The notes below the pieces were generated by a model. It saw only the letters and a list, made by a program, of their open reading frames with translations. It was not told the DNA's origin and did not search any database. From Nemertoderma westbladi (lineage: Eukaryota; Animalia; Xenacoelomorpha): DNA of 64,000 bases. The stretch's first letter is position 1. Each line of letters begins with the position of its first letter. This document shows, one piece after another, positions 48,201 through 64,000 of this stretch. The stretch is taken from the NCBI GenBank assembly GCA_032718475.1, contig JAUCBJ010009100.1:97724-161723 (forward strand). Reading direction: 5' to 3'. A program made the translations under genes and the position numbers.

Positions 48201-51200
48201 GTTTCTACTCACATGTTTCGACCAATCACAATGTTTCTACTCACCTGTTTTGACCAATCACAATGTTTCAACTCACCTGTTTCGTCCAATCACAATGTTT
48301 CTACTCACATGTTTCGACCAATCACAATGTTTCAACTCACCTGTTTCGTCCAATCACAATGTTTCTACTCACATGTTTCGACCAATCACAATGTTTCTAC
48401 TCACCTGTTTCGACCAATCACAATGTTTCTACTCACCTGTTTCGACCAATCACAATGTTTCTACTCACCTGTTTTGACCAATCACAATGTTTCTACTCAC
48501 CTGTTTCGACCAATCACAATGTTTCTACTCACCTGTTTCGACCAATCACAATGTTTCTACTCACATGTTTTGACCAATCACAATGTTTCAACTCACCTGT
48601 TTCGTCCAATCACAATGTTTCTACTCACATGTTTCGACCAATCACAATGTTTCTACTCACCTGTTTTGACCAATCACAATGTTTCTACTCACCTGTTTCG
48701 ACCAATCACAATGTTTCTACTCACATGTTTTGACCAATCACAATGTTTCAACTCACCTGTTTCGTCCAATCACAATGTTTCTACTCACATGTTTCGACCA
48801 ATCACAATGTTTCTACTCACCTGTTTTGACCAATCACAATGTTTCAACTCACCTGTTTCGTCCAATCACAATGTTTCTACTCACATGTTTCGACCAATCA
48901 CAATGTTTCAACTCACCTGTTTCGTCCAATCACAATGTTTCTACTCACATGTTTCGACCAATCACAATGTTTCAACTCACCTGTTTCGTCCAATCACAAT
49001 GTTTCTACTCACATGTTTCGACCAATCACAATGTTTCTACTCACCTGTTTTGACCAATCACAATGTTTCAACTCACCTGTTTCGTCCAATCACAATGTTT
49101 CTACTCACATGTTTCGACCAATCACAATGTTTCAACTCACCTGTTTCGTCCAATCACAATGTTTCTACTCACATGTTTCGACCAATCACAATGTTTCTAC
49201 TCACCTGTTTCGACCAATCACAATGTTTCTACTCACCTGTTTCGACCAATCACAATGTTTCTACTCACATGTTTCGACCCATCACAATGTTTCTACTCAC
49301 CTGTTTCGACCAATCACAATGTTTCTACTCACCTGTTTCGACCAATCACAATGTTTCTACTCACCTGTTTCGACCAATCACAATGTTTCTACTCACCTGT
49401 TTCGACCAATCACAATGTTTCTACTCACCTGTTTCGACCAATCACAATGTTTCTACTCACCTGTTTCGACCAATCACAATGTTTCAACTCACCTGTTTCG
49501 ACCAATCACAATGTTTCTACTCACCTGTTTCGACCAATCACAATGTTTCTACTCACCTATTTCGACCAATCACAATGTTTCTACTCACCTATTTCGACCA
49601 ATCACAATGTTTCTACTCACCTATTTCGACCAATCACAATGTTTCTACTCACATGTTTCGACCAATCACAATGTTTCTACTCACCTGTTTCGACCAATCA
49701 CAATGTTTCTACTCACCTGTTTCGACCAATCACAATGTTTCTACTCACCTGTTTCGACCAATCACAATGTTTCAACTCACCTGTTTCGACCAATCACAAT
49801 GTTTCTACTCACCTATTTCGACCAATCACAATGTTTCTACTCACCTGTTTCGACTAATCACAATGTTTCTACTCACCTGTTTCGACCAATCACAATGTTT
49901 CAACTCACCTGTTTCGACCAATCACAATGTTTCTACTCACCTGTTTCGACCAATCACAATGTTTCTACTCACCTGTTTCGACCAATCACAATGTTTCTAC
50001 TCACCTGTTTCGACCAATCACAATGTTTCTACTCACCTGTTTCGACCAATCACAATGTTTCTACTCACCTATTTCGACCAATCACAATGTTTCTACTCAC
50101 CTGTTTCGACTAATCACAATGTTTCTACTCACATGTTTCGACCCATCACAATGTTTCTACTCACCTGTTTCGACCAATCACAATGTTTCTACTCACCTGT
50201 TTCGACCAATCACAATGTTTCTACTCACCTGTTTCGACCAATCACAATGTTTCTACTCACCTGTTTCGACCAATCACAATGTTTCTACTCACCTGTTTCG
50301 ACCAATCACAATGTTTCTACTCACCTGTTTCGACCAATCACAATGTTTCAACTCACCTGTTTCGACCAATCACAATGTTTCTACTCACCTATTTCGACCA
50401 ATCACAATGTTTCTACTCACCTGTTTCGACCAATCACAATGTTTCTACTCACATGTTTCGACCAATCACAATGTTTCTACTCACCTATTTTGACCAATCA
50501 CAATGTTTCAACTCACCTATTTCGACCAATCACAATGTTTCAACTCACCTATTTCGACCAATCACAATGTTTCTACTCACCTATTTCGACCAATCACAAT
50601 GTTTCTACTCACCTGTTTCGACCAATCACAATGTTTCTACTCACCTATTTCGACCAATCGCAATGCTTCTACTCACCTATTTCGACCAATCGCAATGTTT
50701 CTACTCACCTGTTTCGACCAATCACAATGTTTCTACTCACCTGTTTCGACCAATCACAATGTTTCTACTCACCTATTTCGACCAATCACAATGTTTCTAC
50801 TCACCTGTTTCGACCAATCACAATGTTTCTACTCACCTATTTCGACCAATCACAATGTTTCTACTCACCTGTTTCGACCAATCACAATGTTTCTACTCAC
50901 CTATTTCGACCAATCACAATGTTTCTACTCACCTATTTCGACCAATCGCAATGTTTCTACTCACCTGTTTCGACCAATCGCAATGTTTCTACTCACCTAT
51001 TTCGACCAATCACAATGTTTCTACTCACCTATTTCGACCAATCGCAATGTTTCTACTCACCTGTTTCGACCAATCGCAATGTTTCTACTCACCTGTTTCG
51101 ACCAATCGCAATGTTTCTACTCACCTATTTCGACCAATCACAATGTTTCTACTCACCTATTTCGACCAATCACAATGTTTCTACTCACCTATTTCGACCA

Positions 51201-54200
51201 ATCGCAATGTTTCTACTCACCTGTTTCGACCAATCGCAATGTTTCTACTCACCTATTTCGACCAATCACAATGTTTCTACTCACCTATTTCGACCAATCG
51301 CAATGTTTCTACTCACCTGTTTCGACCAATCGCAATGTTTCTACTCACCTATTTCGACCAATCACAATGTTTCTACTCACCTATTTCGACCAATCGCAAT
51401 GTTTCTACTCACCTGTTTCGACCAATCGCAATGTTTCTACTCACCTGTTTCGACCAATCACAATGTTTCTACTCACCTATTTCGACCAATCACAATGTTT
51501 CTACTCACCTATTTCGACCAATCGCAATGTTTCTACTCACCTGTTTCGACCAATCGCAATGTTTCTACTCACCTATTTCGACCAATCACAATGTTTCTAC
51601 TCACCTATTTCGACCAATCGCAATGTTTCTACTCACCTGTTTCGACCAATCGCAATGTTTCTACTCACCTGTTTCGACCAATCGCAATGTTTCTACTCAC
51701 CTGTTTCGACCAATCACAATGTTTCTACTCACCTATTTCGACCAATCACAATGTTTCTACTCACCTATTTCGACCAATCGCAATGTTTCTACTCACCTGT
51801 TTCGACCAATCGCAATGTTTCTACTCACCTATTTCGACCAATCACAATGTTTCTACTCACCTATTTCGACCAATCGCAATGTTTCTACTCACCTGTTTCG
51901 ACCAATCGCAATGTTTCTACTCACCTGTTTCGACCAATCGCAATGTTTCTACTCACCTGTTTCGACCAATCGCAATGTTTCTACTCACCTATTTCGACCA
52001 ATCACAATGTTTCTACTCACCTATTTCGACCAATCGCAATGTTTCTACTCACCTATTTCGACCAATCACAATGTTTCTACTCACCTGTTTCGACCAATCG
52101 CAATGTTTCTACTCACCTGTTTCGACCAATCGCAATGTTTCTACTCACCTGTTTCGACCAATCACAATGTTTCTACTCACCTATTTCGACCAATCGCAAT
52201 GTTTCTACTCACCTGTTTCGACCAATCGCAATGTTTCTACTCACCTGTTTCGACCAATCACAATGTTTCTACTCACCTATTTCGACCAATCGCAATGTTT
52301 CTACTCACCTGTTTCGACCAATCGCAATGTTTCTACTCACCTATTTCGACCAATCGCAATGTTTCTACTCACCTATTTCGACCAATCGCAATGTTTCTAC
52401 TCACCTATTTCGACCAATCGCAATGTTTCTACTCACCTGTTTCGACCAATCACAATGTTTCTACTCACCTATTTCGACCAATCGCAATGTTTCTACTCAC
52501 CTGTTTCGACCAATCACAATGTTTCTACTCACCTATTTCGACCAATCGCAATGTTTCTACTCACCTATTTCGACCAATCGCAATGTTTCTACTCACCTGT
52601 TTCGACCAATCACAATGTTTCTACTCACCTATTTCGACCAATCGCAATGTTTCTACTCACCTGTTTCGACCAATCGCAATGTTTCTACTCACCTGTTTCG
52701 ACCAATCACAATGTTTCTACTCACCTATTTCGACCAATCGCAATGTTTCTACTCACCTGTTTCGACCAATCACAATGTTTCTACTCACCTATTTTGACCA
52801 ATCACAATGTTTCTACTCACCTGTTTCGACCAATCACAATGTTTCTACTCACCTATTTCGACCAATCGCAATGTTTCTACTCACCTGTTTCGACCAATCA
52901 CAATGTTTCTACTCACCTATTTCGACCAATCACAATGTTTCTACTCACCTATTTCGACCAATCGCAATGTTTCTACTCACCTATTTCGACCAATCGCAAT
53001 GTTTCTACTCACCTGTTTCGACCAATCACAATGTTTCTACTCACCTATTTCGACCAATCGCAATGTTTCTACTCACCTGTTTCGACCAATCGCAATGTTT
53101 CTACTCACCTGTTTCGACCAATCACAATGTTTCTACTCACCTATTTCGACCAATCGCAATGTTTCTACTCACCTGTTTCGACCAATCACAATGTTTCTAC
53201 TCACCTATTTTGACCAATCACAATGTTTCTACTCACCTGTTTCGACCAATCACAATGTTTCTACTCACCTATTTCGACCAATCGCAATGTTTCTACTCAC
53301 CTGTTTCGACCAATCACAATGTTTCTACTCACCTATTTCGACCAATCGCAATGTTTCTACTCACCTGTTTCGACCAATCACAATGTTTCTACTCACCTAT
53401 TTCGACCAATCGCAATGTTTCTACTCACCTATTTCGACCAATCGCAATGTTTCTACTCACCTGTTTCGACCAATCACAATGTTTCTACTCACCTATTTCG
53501 ACCAATCGCAATGTTTCTACTCACCTGTTTCGACCAATCGCAATGTTTCTACTCACCTGTTTCGACCAATCACAATGTTTCTACTCACCTATTTCGACCA
53601 ATCGCAATGTTTCTACTCACCTGTTTCGACCAATCACAATGTTTCTACTCACCTATTTTGACCAATCACAATGTTTCTACTCACCTGTTTCGACCAATCA
53701 CAATGTTTCTACTCACCTATTTCGACCAATCACAATGTTTCTACTCACCTATTTCGACCAATCGCAATGTTTCTACTCACCTGTTTCGACCAATCACAAT
53801 GTTTCTACTCACCTATTTCGACCAATCGCAATGTTTCTACTCACCTGTTTCGACCAATCGCAATGTTTCTACTCACCTGTTTCGACCAATCACAATGTTT
53901 CTACTCACCTATTTCGACCAATCGCAATGTTTCTACTCACCTGTTTCGACCAATCACAATGTTTCTACTCACCTATTTTGACCAATCACAATGTTTCTAC
54001 TCACCTGTTTCGACCAATCACAATGTTTCTACTCACCTATTTCGACCAATCACAATGTTTCTACTCACCTATTTCGACCAATCGCAATGTTTCTACTCAC
54101 CTGTTTCGACCAATCACAATGTTTCTACTCACCTGTTTCGACCAATCACAATGTTTCTACTCACCTGTTTCGACCAATCACAATGTTTCTACTCACCTGT

Positions 54201-57200
54201 TTCGACCAATCACAATGTTTCTACTCACCTGTTTCGACCAATCACAATGTTTCTACTCACCTGTTTCGACCAATCACAATGTTTCTACTCACCTGTTTCG
54301 ACCAATCACAATGTTTCTACTCACCTGTTTCGACCAATCACAATGTTTCTACTCACCTGTTTCGACCAATCACAATGTTTCTACTCACCTGTTTCGACCA
54401 ATCACAATGTTTCTACTCACCTGTTTCGACCAATCACAATGTTTCTACTCACCTGTTTCGACCAATCACAATGTTTCTACTCACCTGTTTCGACCAATCA
54501 CAATGTTTCTACTCACCTGTTTCGACCAATCACAATGTTTCTACTCACCTGTTTTGACCAATCACAATGTTTCTACTCACCTGTTTCGACCAATCACAAT
54601 GTTTCTACTCACCTGTTTCGACCAATCACAATGTTTCTACTCACCTGTTTCGACCAATCACAATGTTTCTACTCACCTGTTTCGACCAATCACAATGTTT
54701 CTACTCACCTGTTTCGACCAATCACAATGTTTCTACTCACCTGTTTCGACCAATCACAATGTTTCTACTCACCTGTTTCGACCAATCACAATGTTTCTAC
54801 TCACCTGTTTCGACCAATCACAATGTTTCTACTCACCTGTTTCGACCAATCACAATGTTTCTACTCACCTGTTTCGACCAATCACAATGTTTCTACTCAC
54901 CTGTTTCGACCAATCACAATGTTTCTACTCACCTGTTTCGACCAATCACAATGTTTCTACTCACCTGTTTCGACCAATCACAATGTTTCTACTCACCTGT
55001 TTCGACCAATCACAATGTTTCTACTCACCTGTTTCGACCAATCACAATGTTTCTACTCACCTGTTTCGACCAATCACAATGTTTCTACTCACCTGTTTCG
55101 ACCAATCACAATGTTTCTACTCACCTGTTTCGACCAATCACAATGTTTCTACTCACCTGTTTCGACCAATCACAATGTTTCTACTCACCTGTTTCGACCA
55201 ATCACAATGTTTCTACTCACCTGTTTCGACCAATCACAATGTTTCTACTCACCTGTTTCGACCAATCACAATGTTTCTACTCACCTGTTTCGACCAATCA
55301 CAATGTTTCTACTCACCTGTTTCGACCAATCACAATGTTTCTACTCACCTGTTTCGACCAATCACAATGTTTCTACTCACCTGTTTCGACCAATCACAAT
55401 GTTTCTACTCACCTGTTTCGACCAATCACAATGTTTCTACTCACCTGTTTCGACCAATCACAATGTTTCTACTCACCTGTTTCGACCAATCACAATGTTT
55501 CTACTCACCTGTTTCGACCAATCACAATGTTTCTACTCACCTGTTTCGACCAATCACAATGTTTCTACTCACCTGTTTCGACCAATCACAATGTTTCTAC
55601 TCACCTGTTTCGACCAATCACAATGTTTCTACTCACCTATTTCGACCAATCGCAATGTTTCTACTCACCTGTTTCGACCAATCACAATGTTTCTACTCAC
55701 CTATTTCGACCAATCGCAATGTTTCTACTCACCTATTTCGACCAATCGCAATGTTTCTACTCACCTGTTTCGACCAATCACAATGTTTCTACTCACCTAT
55801 TTCGACCAATCGCAATGTTTCTACTCACCTGTTTCGACCAATCGCAATGTTTCTACTCACCTGTTTCGACCAATCACAATGTTTCTACTCACCTATTTCG
55901 ACCAATCGCAATGTTTCTACTCACCTGTTTCGACCAATCACAATGTTTCTACTCACCTATTTTGACCAATCACAATGTTTCTACTCACCTGTTTCGACCA
56001 ATCACAATGTTTCTACTCACCTATTTCGACCAATCACAATGTTTCTACTCACCTATTTCGACCAATCGCAATGTTTCTACTCACCTGTTTCGACCAATCA
56101 CAATGTTTCTACTCACCTATTTCGACCAATCACAATGTTTCTACTCACCTGTTTCGACCAATCGCAATGTTTCTACTCACCTGTTTCGACCAATCACAAT
56201 GTTTCTACTCACCTATTTCGACCAATCGCAATGTTTCTACTCACCTGTTTCGACCAATCACAATGTTTCTACTCACCTATTTTGACCAATCACAATGTTT
56301 CTACTCACCTGTTTCGACCAATCACAATGTTTCTACTCACCTGTTTCGACCAATCACAATGTTTCTACTCACCTATTTCGACCAATCGCAATGTTTCTAC
56401 TCACCTGTTTCGACCAATCACAATGTTTCTACTCACCTGTTTCGACCAATCACAATGTTTCTACTCACCTGTTTCGACCAATCACAATGTTTCTACTCAC
56501 CTGTTTCGACCAATCACAATGTTTCTACTCACCTGTTTCGACCAATCACAATGTTTCTACTCACCTGTTTCGACCAATCACAATGTTTCTACTCACCTGT
56601 TTCGACCAATCACAATGTTTCTACTCACCTGTTTCGACCAATCACAATGTTTCTACTCACCTGTTTCGACCAATCACAATGTTTCTACTCACCTGTTTCG
56701 ACCAATCACAATGTTTCTACTCACCTGTTTCGACCAATCACAATGTTTCTACTCACCTGTTTCGACCAATCACAATGTTTCTACTCACCTGTTTCGACCA
56801 ATCACAATGTTTCTACTCACCTGTTTCGACCAATCACAATGTTTCTACTCACCTGTTTCGACCAATCACAATGTTTCTACTCACCTGTTTCGACCAATCA
56901 CAATGTTTCTACTCACCTGTTTCGACCAATCACAATGTTTCTACTCACCTGTTTCGACCAATCACAATGTTTCTACTCACCTGTTTTGACCAATCACAAT
57001 GTTTCTACTCACCTGTTTCGACCAATCACAATGTTTCTACTCACCTGTTTCGTCCAATCACAATGTTTCTACTCACCTGTTTTGACCAATCACAATGTTT
57101 CTACTCACCTGTTTCGACCAATCACAATGTTTCTACTCACCTGTTTCGACCAATCACAATGTTTCTACTCACCTGTTTCGACCAATCACAATGTTTCTAC

Positions 57201-60200
57201 TCACCTGTTTCGACCAATCACAATGTTTCTACTCACCTGTTTCGACCAATCACAATGTTTCTACTCACCTGTTTCGACCAATCACAATGTTTCTACTCAC
57301 CTGTTTCGACCAATCACAATGTTTCTACTCACCTGTTTCGACCAATCACAATGTTTCTACTCACCTGTTTCGACCAATCACAATGTTTCTACTCACCTGT
57401 TTCGACCAATCACAATGTTTCTACTCACCTGTTTCGACCAATCACAATGTTTCTACTCACCTGTTTCGACCAATCACAATGTTTCTACTCACCTGTTTCG
57501 ACCAATCACAATGTTTCTACTCACCTGTTTCGACCAATCACAATGTTTCTACTCACCTGTTTCGACCAATCACAATGTTTCTACTCACCTGTTTCGACCA
57601 ATCACAATGTTTCTACTCACCTGTTTCGACCAATCACAATGTTTCTACTCACCTGTTTCGACCAATCACAATGTTTCTACTCACCTGTTTCGACCAATCA
57701 CAATGTTTCTACTCACCTGTTTCGACCAATCACAATGTTTCTACTCACCTGTTTCGACCAATCACAATGTTTCTACTCACCTGTTTCGACCAATCACAAT
57801 GTTTCTACTCACCTGTTTCGACCAATCACAATGTTTCTACTCACCTGTTTCGACCAATCACAATGTTTCTACTCACCTGTTTCGACCAATCACAATGTTT
57901 CTACTCACCTGTTTCGACCAATCACAATGTTTCTACTCACCTGTTTCGACCAATCACAATGTTTCTACTCACCTGTTTCGACCAATCACAATGTTTCTAC
58001 TCACCTGTTTCGACCAATCACAATGTTTCTACTCACCTGTTTCGACCAATCACAATGTTTCTACTCACCTGTTTCGACCAATCACAATGTTTCTACTCAC
58101 CTGTTTCGACCAATCACAATGTTTCTACTCACCTGTTTCGACCAATCACAATGTTTCTACTCACCTGTTTCGACCAATCACAATGTTTCTACTCACCTGT
58201 TTCGACCAATCACAATGTTTCTACTCACCTGTTTCGACCAATCACAATGTTTCTACTCACCTGTTTCGACCAATCACAATGTTTCTACTCACCTGTTTCG
58301 ACCAATCACAATGTTTCTACTCACCTGTTTCGACCAATCACAATGTTTCTACTCACCTGTTTCGACCAATCACAATGTTTCTACTCACCTGTTTCGACCA
58401 ATCACAATGTTTCTACTCACCTGTTTCGACCAATCACAATGTTTCTACTCACCTGTTTCGACCAATCACAATGTTTCTACTCACCTGTTTCGACCAATCA
58501 CAATGTTTCTACTCACCTGTTTCGACCAATCACAATGTTTCTACTCACCTGTTTCGACCAATCACAATGTTTCTACTCACCTGTTTCGACCAATCACAAT
58601 GTTTCTACTCACCTGTTTCGACCAATCACAATGTTTCTACTCACCTGTTTCGACCAATCACAATGTTTCTACTCACCTGTTTCGACCAATCACAATGTTT
58701 CTACTCACCTGTTTCGACCAATCACAATGTTTCTACTCACCTGTTTCGACCAATCACAATGTTTCTACTCACCTGTTTCGACCAATCACAATGTTTCTAC
58801 TCACCTGTTTCGACCAATCACAATGTTTCTACTCACCTGTTTCGACCAATCACAATGTTTCTACTCACCTGTTTCGACCAATCACAATGTTTCTACTCAC
58901 CTGTTTCGACCAATCACAATGTTTCTACTCACCTGTTTCGACCAATCACAATGTTTCTACTCACCTGTTTCGACCAATCACAATGTTTCTACTCACCTGT
59001 TTCGACCAATCACAATGTTTCTACTCACCTGTTTCGACCAATCACAATGTTTCTACTCACCTGTTTCGACCAATCACAATGTTTCTACTCACCTGTTTCG
59101 ACCAATCACAATGTTTCTACTCACCTGTTTCGACCAATCACAATGTTTCTACTCACCTGTTTCGACCAATCACAATGTTTCTACTCACCTGTTTCGACCA
59201 ATCACAATGTTTCTACTCACCTGTTTCGACCAATCACAATGTTTCTACTCACCTGTTTCGACCAATCACAATGTTTCTACTCACCTGTTTCGACCAATCA
59301 CAATGTTTCTACTCACCTGTTTCGACCAATCACAATGTTTCTACTCACCTGTTTCGACCAATCACAATGTTTCTACTCACCTGTTTCGACCAATCACAAT
59401 GTTTCTACTCACCTGTTTCGACCAATCACAATGTTTCTACTCACCTGTTTCGACCAATCACAATGTTTCTACTCACCTGTTTCGACCAATCACAATGTTT
59501 CTACTCACCTGTTTCGACCAATCACAATGTTTCTACTCACCTGTTTCGACCAATCACAATGTTTCTACTCACCTGTTTCGACCAATCACAATGTTTCTAC
59601 TCACCTGTTTCGACCAATCACAATGTTTCTACTCACCTGTTTCGACCAATCACAATGTTTCTACTCACCTGTTTCGACCAATCACAATGTTTCTACTCAC
59701 CTGTTTCGACCAATCACAATGTTTCTACTCACCTGTTTCGACCAATCACAATGTTTCTACTCACCTGTTTCGACCAATCACAATGTTTCTACTCACCTGT
59801 TTCGACCAATCACAATGTTTCTACTCACCTGTTTCGACCAATCACAATGTTTCTACTCACCTGTTTCGACCAATCACAATGTTTCTACTCACCTGTTTCG
59901 ACCAATCACAATGTTTCTACTCACCTGTTTCGACCAATCACAATGTTTCTACTCACCTGTTTCGACCAATCACAATGTTTCTACTCACCTGTTTCGACCA
60001 ATCACAATGTTTCTACTCACCTGTTTCGACCAATCACAATGTTTCTACTCACCTGTTTCGACCAATCACAATGTTTCTACTCACCTGTTTCGACCAATCA
60101 CAATGTTTCTACTCACCTGTTTCGACCAATCACAATGTTTCTACTCACCTGTTTCGACCAATCACAATGTTTCTACTCACCTGTTTCGACCAATCACAAT

Positions 60201-63200
60201 GTTTCTACTCACCTGTTTCGACCAATCACAATGTTTCTACTCACCTGTTTCGACCAATCACAATGTTTCTACTCACCTGTTTCGACCAATCACAATGTTT
60301 CTACTCACCTGTTTCGACCAATCACAATGTTTCTACTCACCTGTTTCGACCAATCACAATGTTTCTACTCACCTGTTTCGACCAATCACAATGTTTCTAC
60401 TCACCTGTTTCGACCAATCACAATGTTTCTACTCACCTGTTTCGACCAATCACAATGTTTCTACTCACCTGTTTCGACCAATCACAATGTTTCTACTCAC
60501 CTGTTTCGACCAATCACAATGTTTCTACTCACCTGTTTCGACCAATCACAATGTTTCTACTCACCTGTTTCGACCAATCACAATGTTTCTACTCACCTGT
60601 TTCGACCAATCACAATGTTTCTACTCACCTGTTTCGACCAATCACAATGTTTCTACTCACCTGTTTCGACCAATCACAATGTTTCTACTCACCTGTTTCG
60701 ACCAATCACAATGTTTCTACTCACCTGTTTCGACCAATCACAATGTTTCTACTCACCTGTTTCGACCAATCACAATGTTTCTACTCACCTGTTTCGACCA
60801 ATCACAATGTTTCTACTCACCTGTTTCGACCAATCACAATGTTTCTACTCACCTGTTTCGACCAATCACAATGTTTCTACTCACCTGTTTCGACCAATCA
60901 CAATGTTTCTACTCACCTGTTTCGACCAATCACAATGTTTCTACTCACCTGTTTCGACCAATCACAATGTTTCTACTCACCTGTTTCGACCAATCACAAT
61001 GTTTCTACTCACCTGTTTCGACCAATCACAATGTTTCTACTCACCTGTTTCGACCAATCACAATGTTTCTACTCACCTGTTTCGACCAATCACAATGTTT
61101 CTACTCACCTGTTTCGACCAATCACAATGTTTCTACTCACCTGTTTCGACCAATCACAATGTTTCTACTCACCTGTTTCGACCAATCACAATGTTTCTAC
61201 TCACCTGTTTCGACCAATCACAATGTTTCTACTCACCTGTTTCGACCAATCACAATGTTTCTACTCACCTGTTTCGACCAATCACAATGTTTCTACTCAC
61301 CTGTTTCGACCAATCACAATGTTTCTACTCACCTGTTTCGACCAATCACAATGTTTCTACTCACCTGTTTCGACCAATCACAATGTTTCTACTCACCTGT
61401 TTCGACCAATCACAATGTTTCTACTCACCTGTTTCGACCAATCACAATGTTTCTACTCACCTGTTTCGACCAATCACAATGTTTCTACTCACCTGTTTCG
61501 ACCAATCACAATGTTTCTACTCACCTGTTTCGACCAATCACAATGTTTCTACTCACCTGTTTCGACCAATCACAATGTTTCTACTCACCTGTTTCGACCA
61601 ATCACAATGTTTCTACTCACCTGTTTCGACCAATCACAATGTTTCTACTCACCTGTTTCGACCAATCACAATGTTTCTACTCACCTGTTTCGACCAATCA
61701 CAATGTTTCTACTCACCTGTTTCGACCAATCACAATGTTTCTACTCACCTGTTTCGACCAATCACAATGTTTCTACTCACCTGTTTCGACCAATCACAAT
61801 GTTTCTACTCACCTGTTTCGACCAATCACAATGTTTCTACTCACCTGTTTCGACCAATCACAATGTTTCTACTCACCTGTTTCGACCAATCACAATGTTT
61901 CTACTCACCTGTTTCGACCAATCACAATGTTTCTACTCACCTGTTTCGACCAATCACAATGTTTCTACTCACCTGTTTCGACCAATCACAATGTTTCTAC
62001 TCACCTGTTTCGACCAATCACAATGTTTCTACTCACCTGTTTCGACCAATCACAATGTTTCTACTCACCTGTTTCGACCAATCACAATGTTTCTACTCAC
62101 CTGTTTCGACCAATCACAATGTTTCTACTCACCTGTTTCGACCAATCACAATGTTTCTACTCACCTGTTTCGACCAATCACAATGTTTCTACTCACCTGT
62201 TTCGACCAATCACAATGTTTCTACTCACCTGTTTCGACCAATCACAATGTTTCTACTCACCTGTTTCGACCAATCACAATGTTTCTACTCACCTGTTTCG
62301 ACCAATCACAATGTTTCTACTCACCTGTTTCGACCAATCACAATGTTTCTACTCACCTGTTTCGACCAATCACAATGTTTCTACTCACCTGTTTCGACCA
62401 ATCACAATGTTTCTACTCACCTGTTTCGACCAATCACAATGTTTCTACTCACCTGTTTCGACCAATCACAATGTTTCTACTCACCTGTTTCGACCAATCA
62501 CAATGTTTCTACTCACCTGTTTCGACCAATCACAATGTTTCTACTCACCTGTTTCGACCAATCACAATGTTTCTACTCACCTGTTTCGACCAATCACAAT
62601 GTTTCTACTCACCTGTTTCGACCAATCACAATGTTTCTACTCACCTGTTTCGACCAATCACAATGTTTCTACTCACCTGTTTCGACCAATCACAATGTTT
62701 CTACTCACCTGTTTCGACCAATCACAATGTTTCTACTCACCTGTTTCGACCAATCACAATGTTTCTACTCACCTGTTTCGACCAATCACAATGTTTCTAC
62801 TCACCTGTTTCGACCAATCACAATGTTTCTACTCACCTGTTTCGACCAATCACAATGTTTCTACTCACCTGTTTCGACCAATCACAATGTTTCTACTCAC
62901 CTGTTTCGACCAATCACAATGTTTCTACTCACCTGTTTCGACCAATCACAATGTTTCTACTCACCTGTTTCGACCAATCACAATGTTTCTACTCACCTGT
63001 TTCGACCAATCACAATGTTTCTACTCACCTGTTTCGACCAATCACAATGTTTCTACTCACCTGTTTCGACCAATCACAATGTTTCTACTCACCTGTTTCG
63101 ACCAATCACAATGTTTCTACTCACCTGTTTCGACCAATCACAATGTTTCTACTCACCTGTTTCGACCAATCACAATGTTTCTACTCACCTGTTTCGACCA

Positions 63201-64000
63201 ATCACAATGTTTCTACTCACCTGTTTCGACCAATCACAATGTTTCTACTCACCTGTTTCGACCAATCACAATGTTTCTACTCACCTGTTTCGACCAATCA
63301 CAATGTTTCTACTCACCTGTTTCGACCAATCACAATGTTTCTACTCACCTGTTTCGACCAATCACAATGTTTCTACTCACCTGTTTCGACCAATCACAAT
63401 GTTTCTACTCACCTGTTTCGACCAATCACAATGTTTCTACTCACCTGTTTCGACCAATCACAATGTTTCTACTCACCTGTTTCGACCAATCACAATGTTT
63501 CTACTCACCTGTTTCGACCAATCACAATGTTTCTACTCACCTGTTTCGACCAATCACAATGTTTCTACTCACCTGTTTCGACCAATCACAATGTTTCTAC
63601 TCACCTGTTTCGACCAATCACAATGTTTCTACTCACCTGTTTCGACCAATCACAATGTTTCTACTCACCTGTTTCGACCAATCACAATGTTTCTACTCAC
63701 CTGTTTCGACCAATCACAATGTTTCTACTCACCTGTTTCGACCAATCACAATGTTTCTACTCACCTGTTTCGACCAATCACAATGTTTCTACTCACCTGT
63801 TTCGACCAATCACAATGTTTCTACTCACCTGTTTCGACCAATCACAATGTTTCTACTCACCTGTTTCGACCAATCACAATGTTTCTACTCACCTGTTTCG
63901 ACCAATCACAATGTTTCTACTCACCTGTTTCGACCAATCACAATGTTTCTACTCACCTGTTTCGACCAATCACAATGTTTCTACTCACCTGTTTCGACCA
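39263..64000. repeat. 32-bp satellite, >770 copies, consensus ACCAATCACAATGTTTCTACTCACCTGTTTCG; runs off the right edge
   Basis: Direct 32-bp periodicity with variant domains and higher-order duplications. Confidence 0.98.

Noticed and set aside
39272-56989. Many long ORFs (up to 2268 aa) in the 32-bp satellite
   Set aside because: Artefact of a stop-free monomer; all three frames give the same periodic peptide.
39263-64000. CENP-B box in the monomer (TTTCG....A)
   Set aside because: The essential CGGG half is absent.

Overview
Eukaryotic (probably invertebrate) heterochromatin-like window made only of transposable elements and tandem repeats; no host genes, rRNA, tRNA or CRISPR. Left to right: a 22-bp satellite (1-10040), interrupted by two copies of a poly(A)-tailed retroposed fragment and by a decayed non-LTR retrotransposon that carries a MITE; a ~16.5-kb minus-strand BEL/Pao LTR retrotransposon (10091-26639); a second decayed LINE containing 50-bp (~63x) and 27-bp (~102x) arrays built from its own RT coding sequence; a Mutator/Foldback-like MITE; a third LINE fragment containing a 19-bp (~100x) array; and >24.7 kb of a 32-bp satellite with higher-order structure. 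The best candidate for an undescribed system is the BEL/Pao element. Downstream of pol it encodes an ~866-aa accessory protein (WRN/EXD/Mut-7-like 3'-5' exonuclease fold, CCHC knuckles, Arg-rich tail; tandemly duplicated here). Its LTRs carry arrays of sense-strand hairpins, and a 24-32-nt hairpin motif from those arrays recurs inside both gag and the accessory ORF in different reading frames. A second, covarying RNA structure is triplicated between pol and the accessory ORF. All domain calls are by eye, without database searches.
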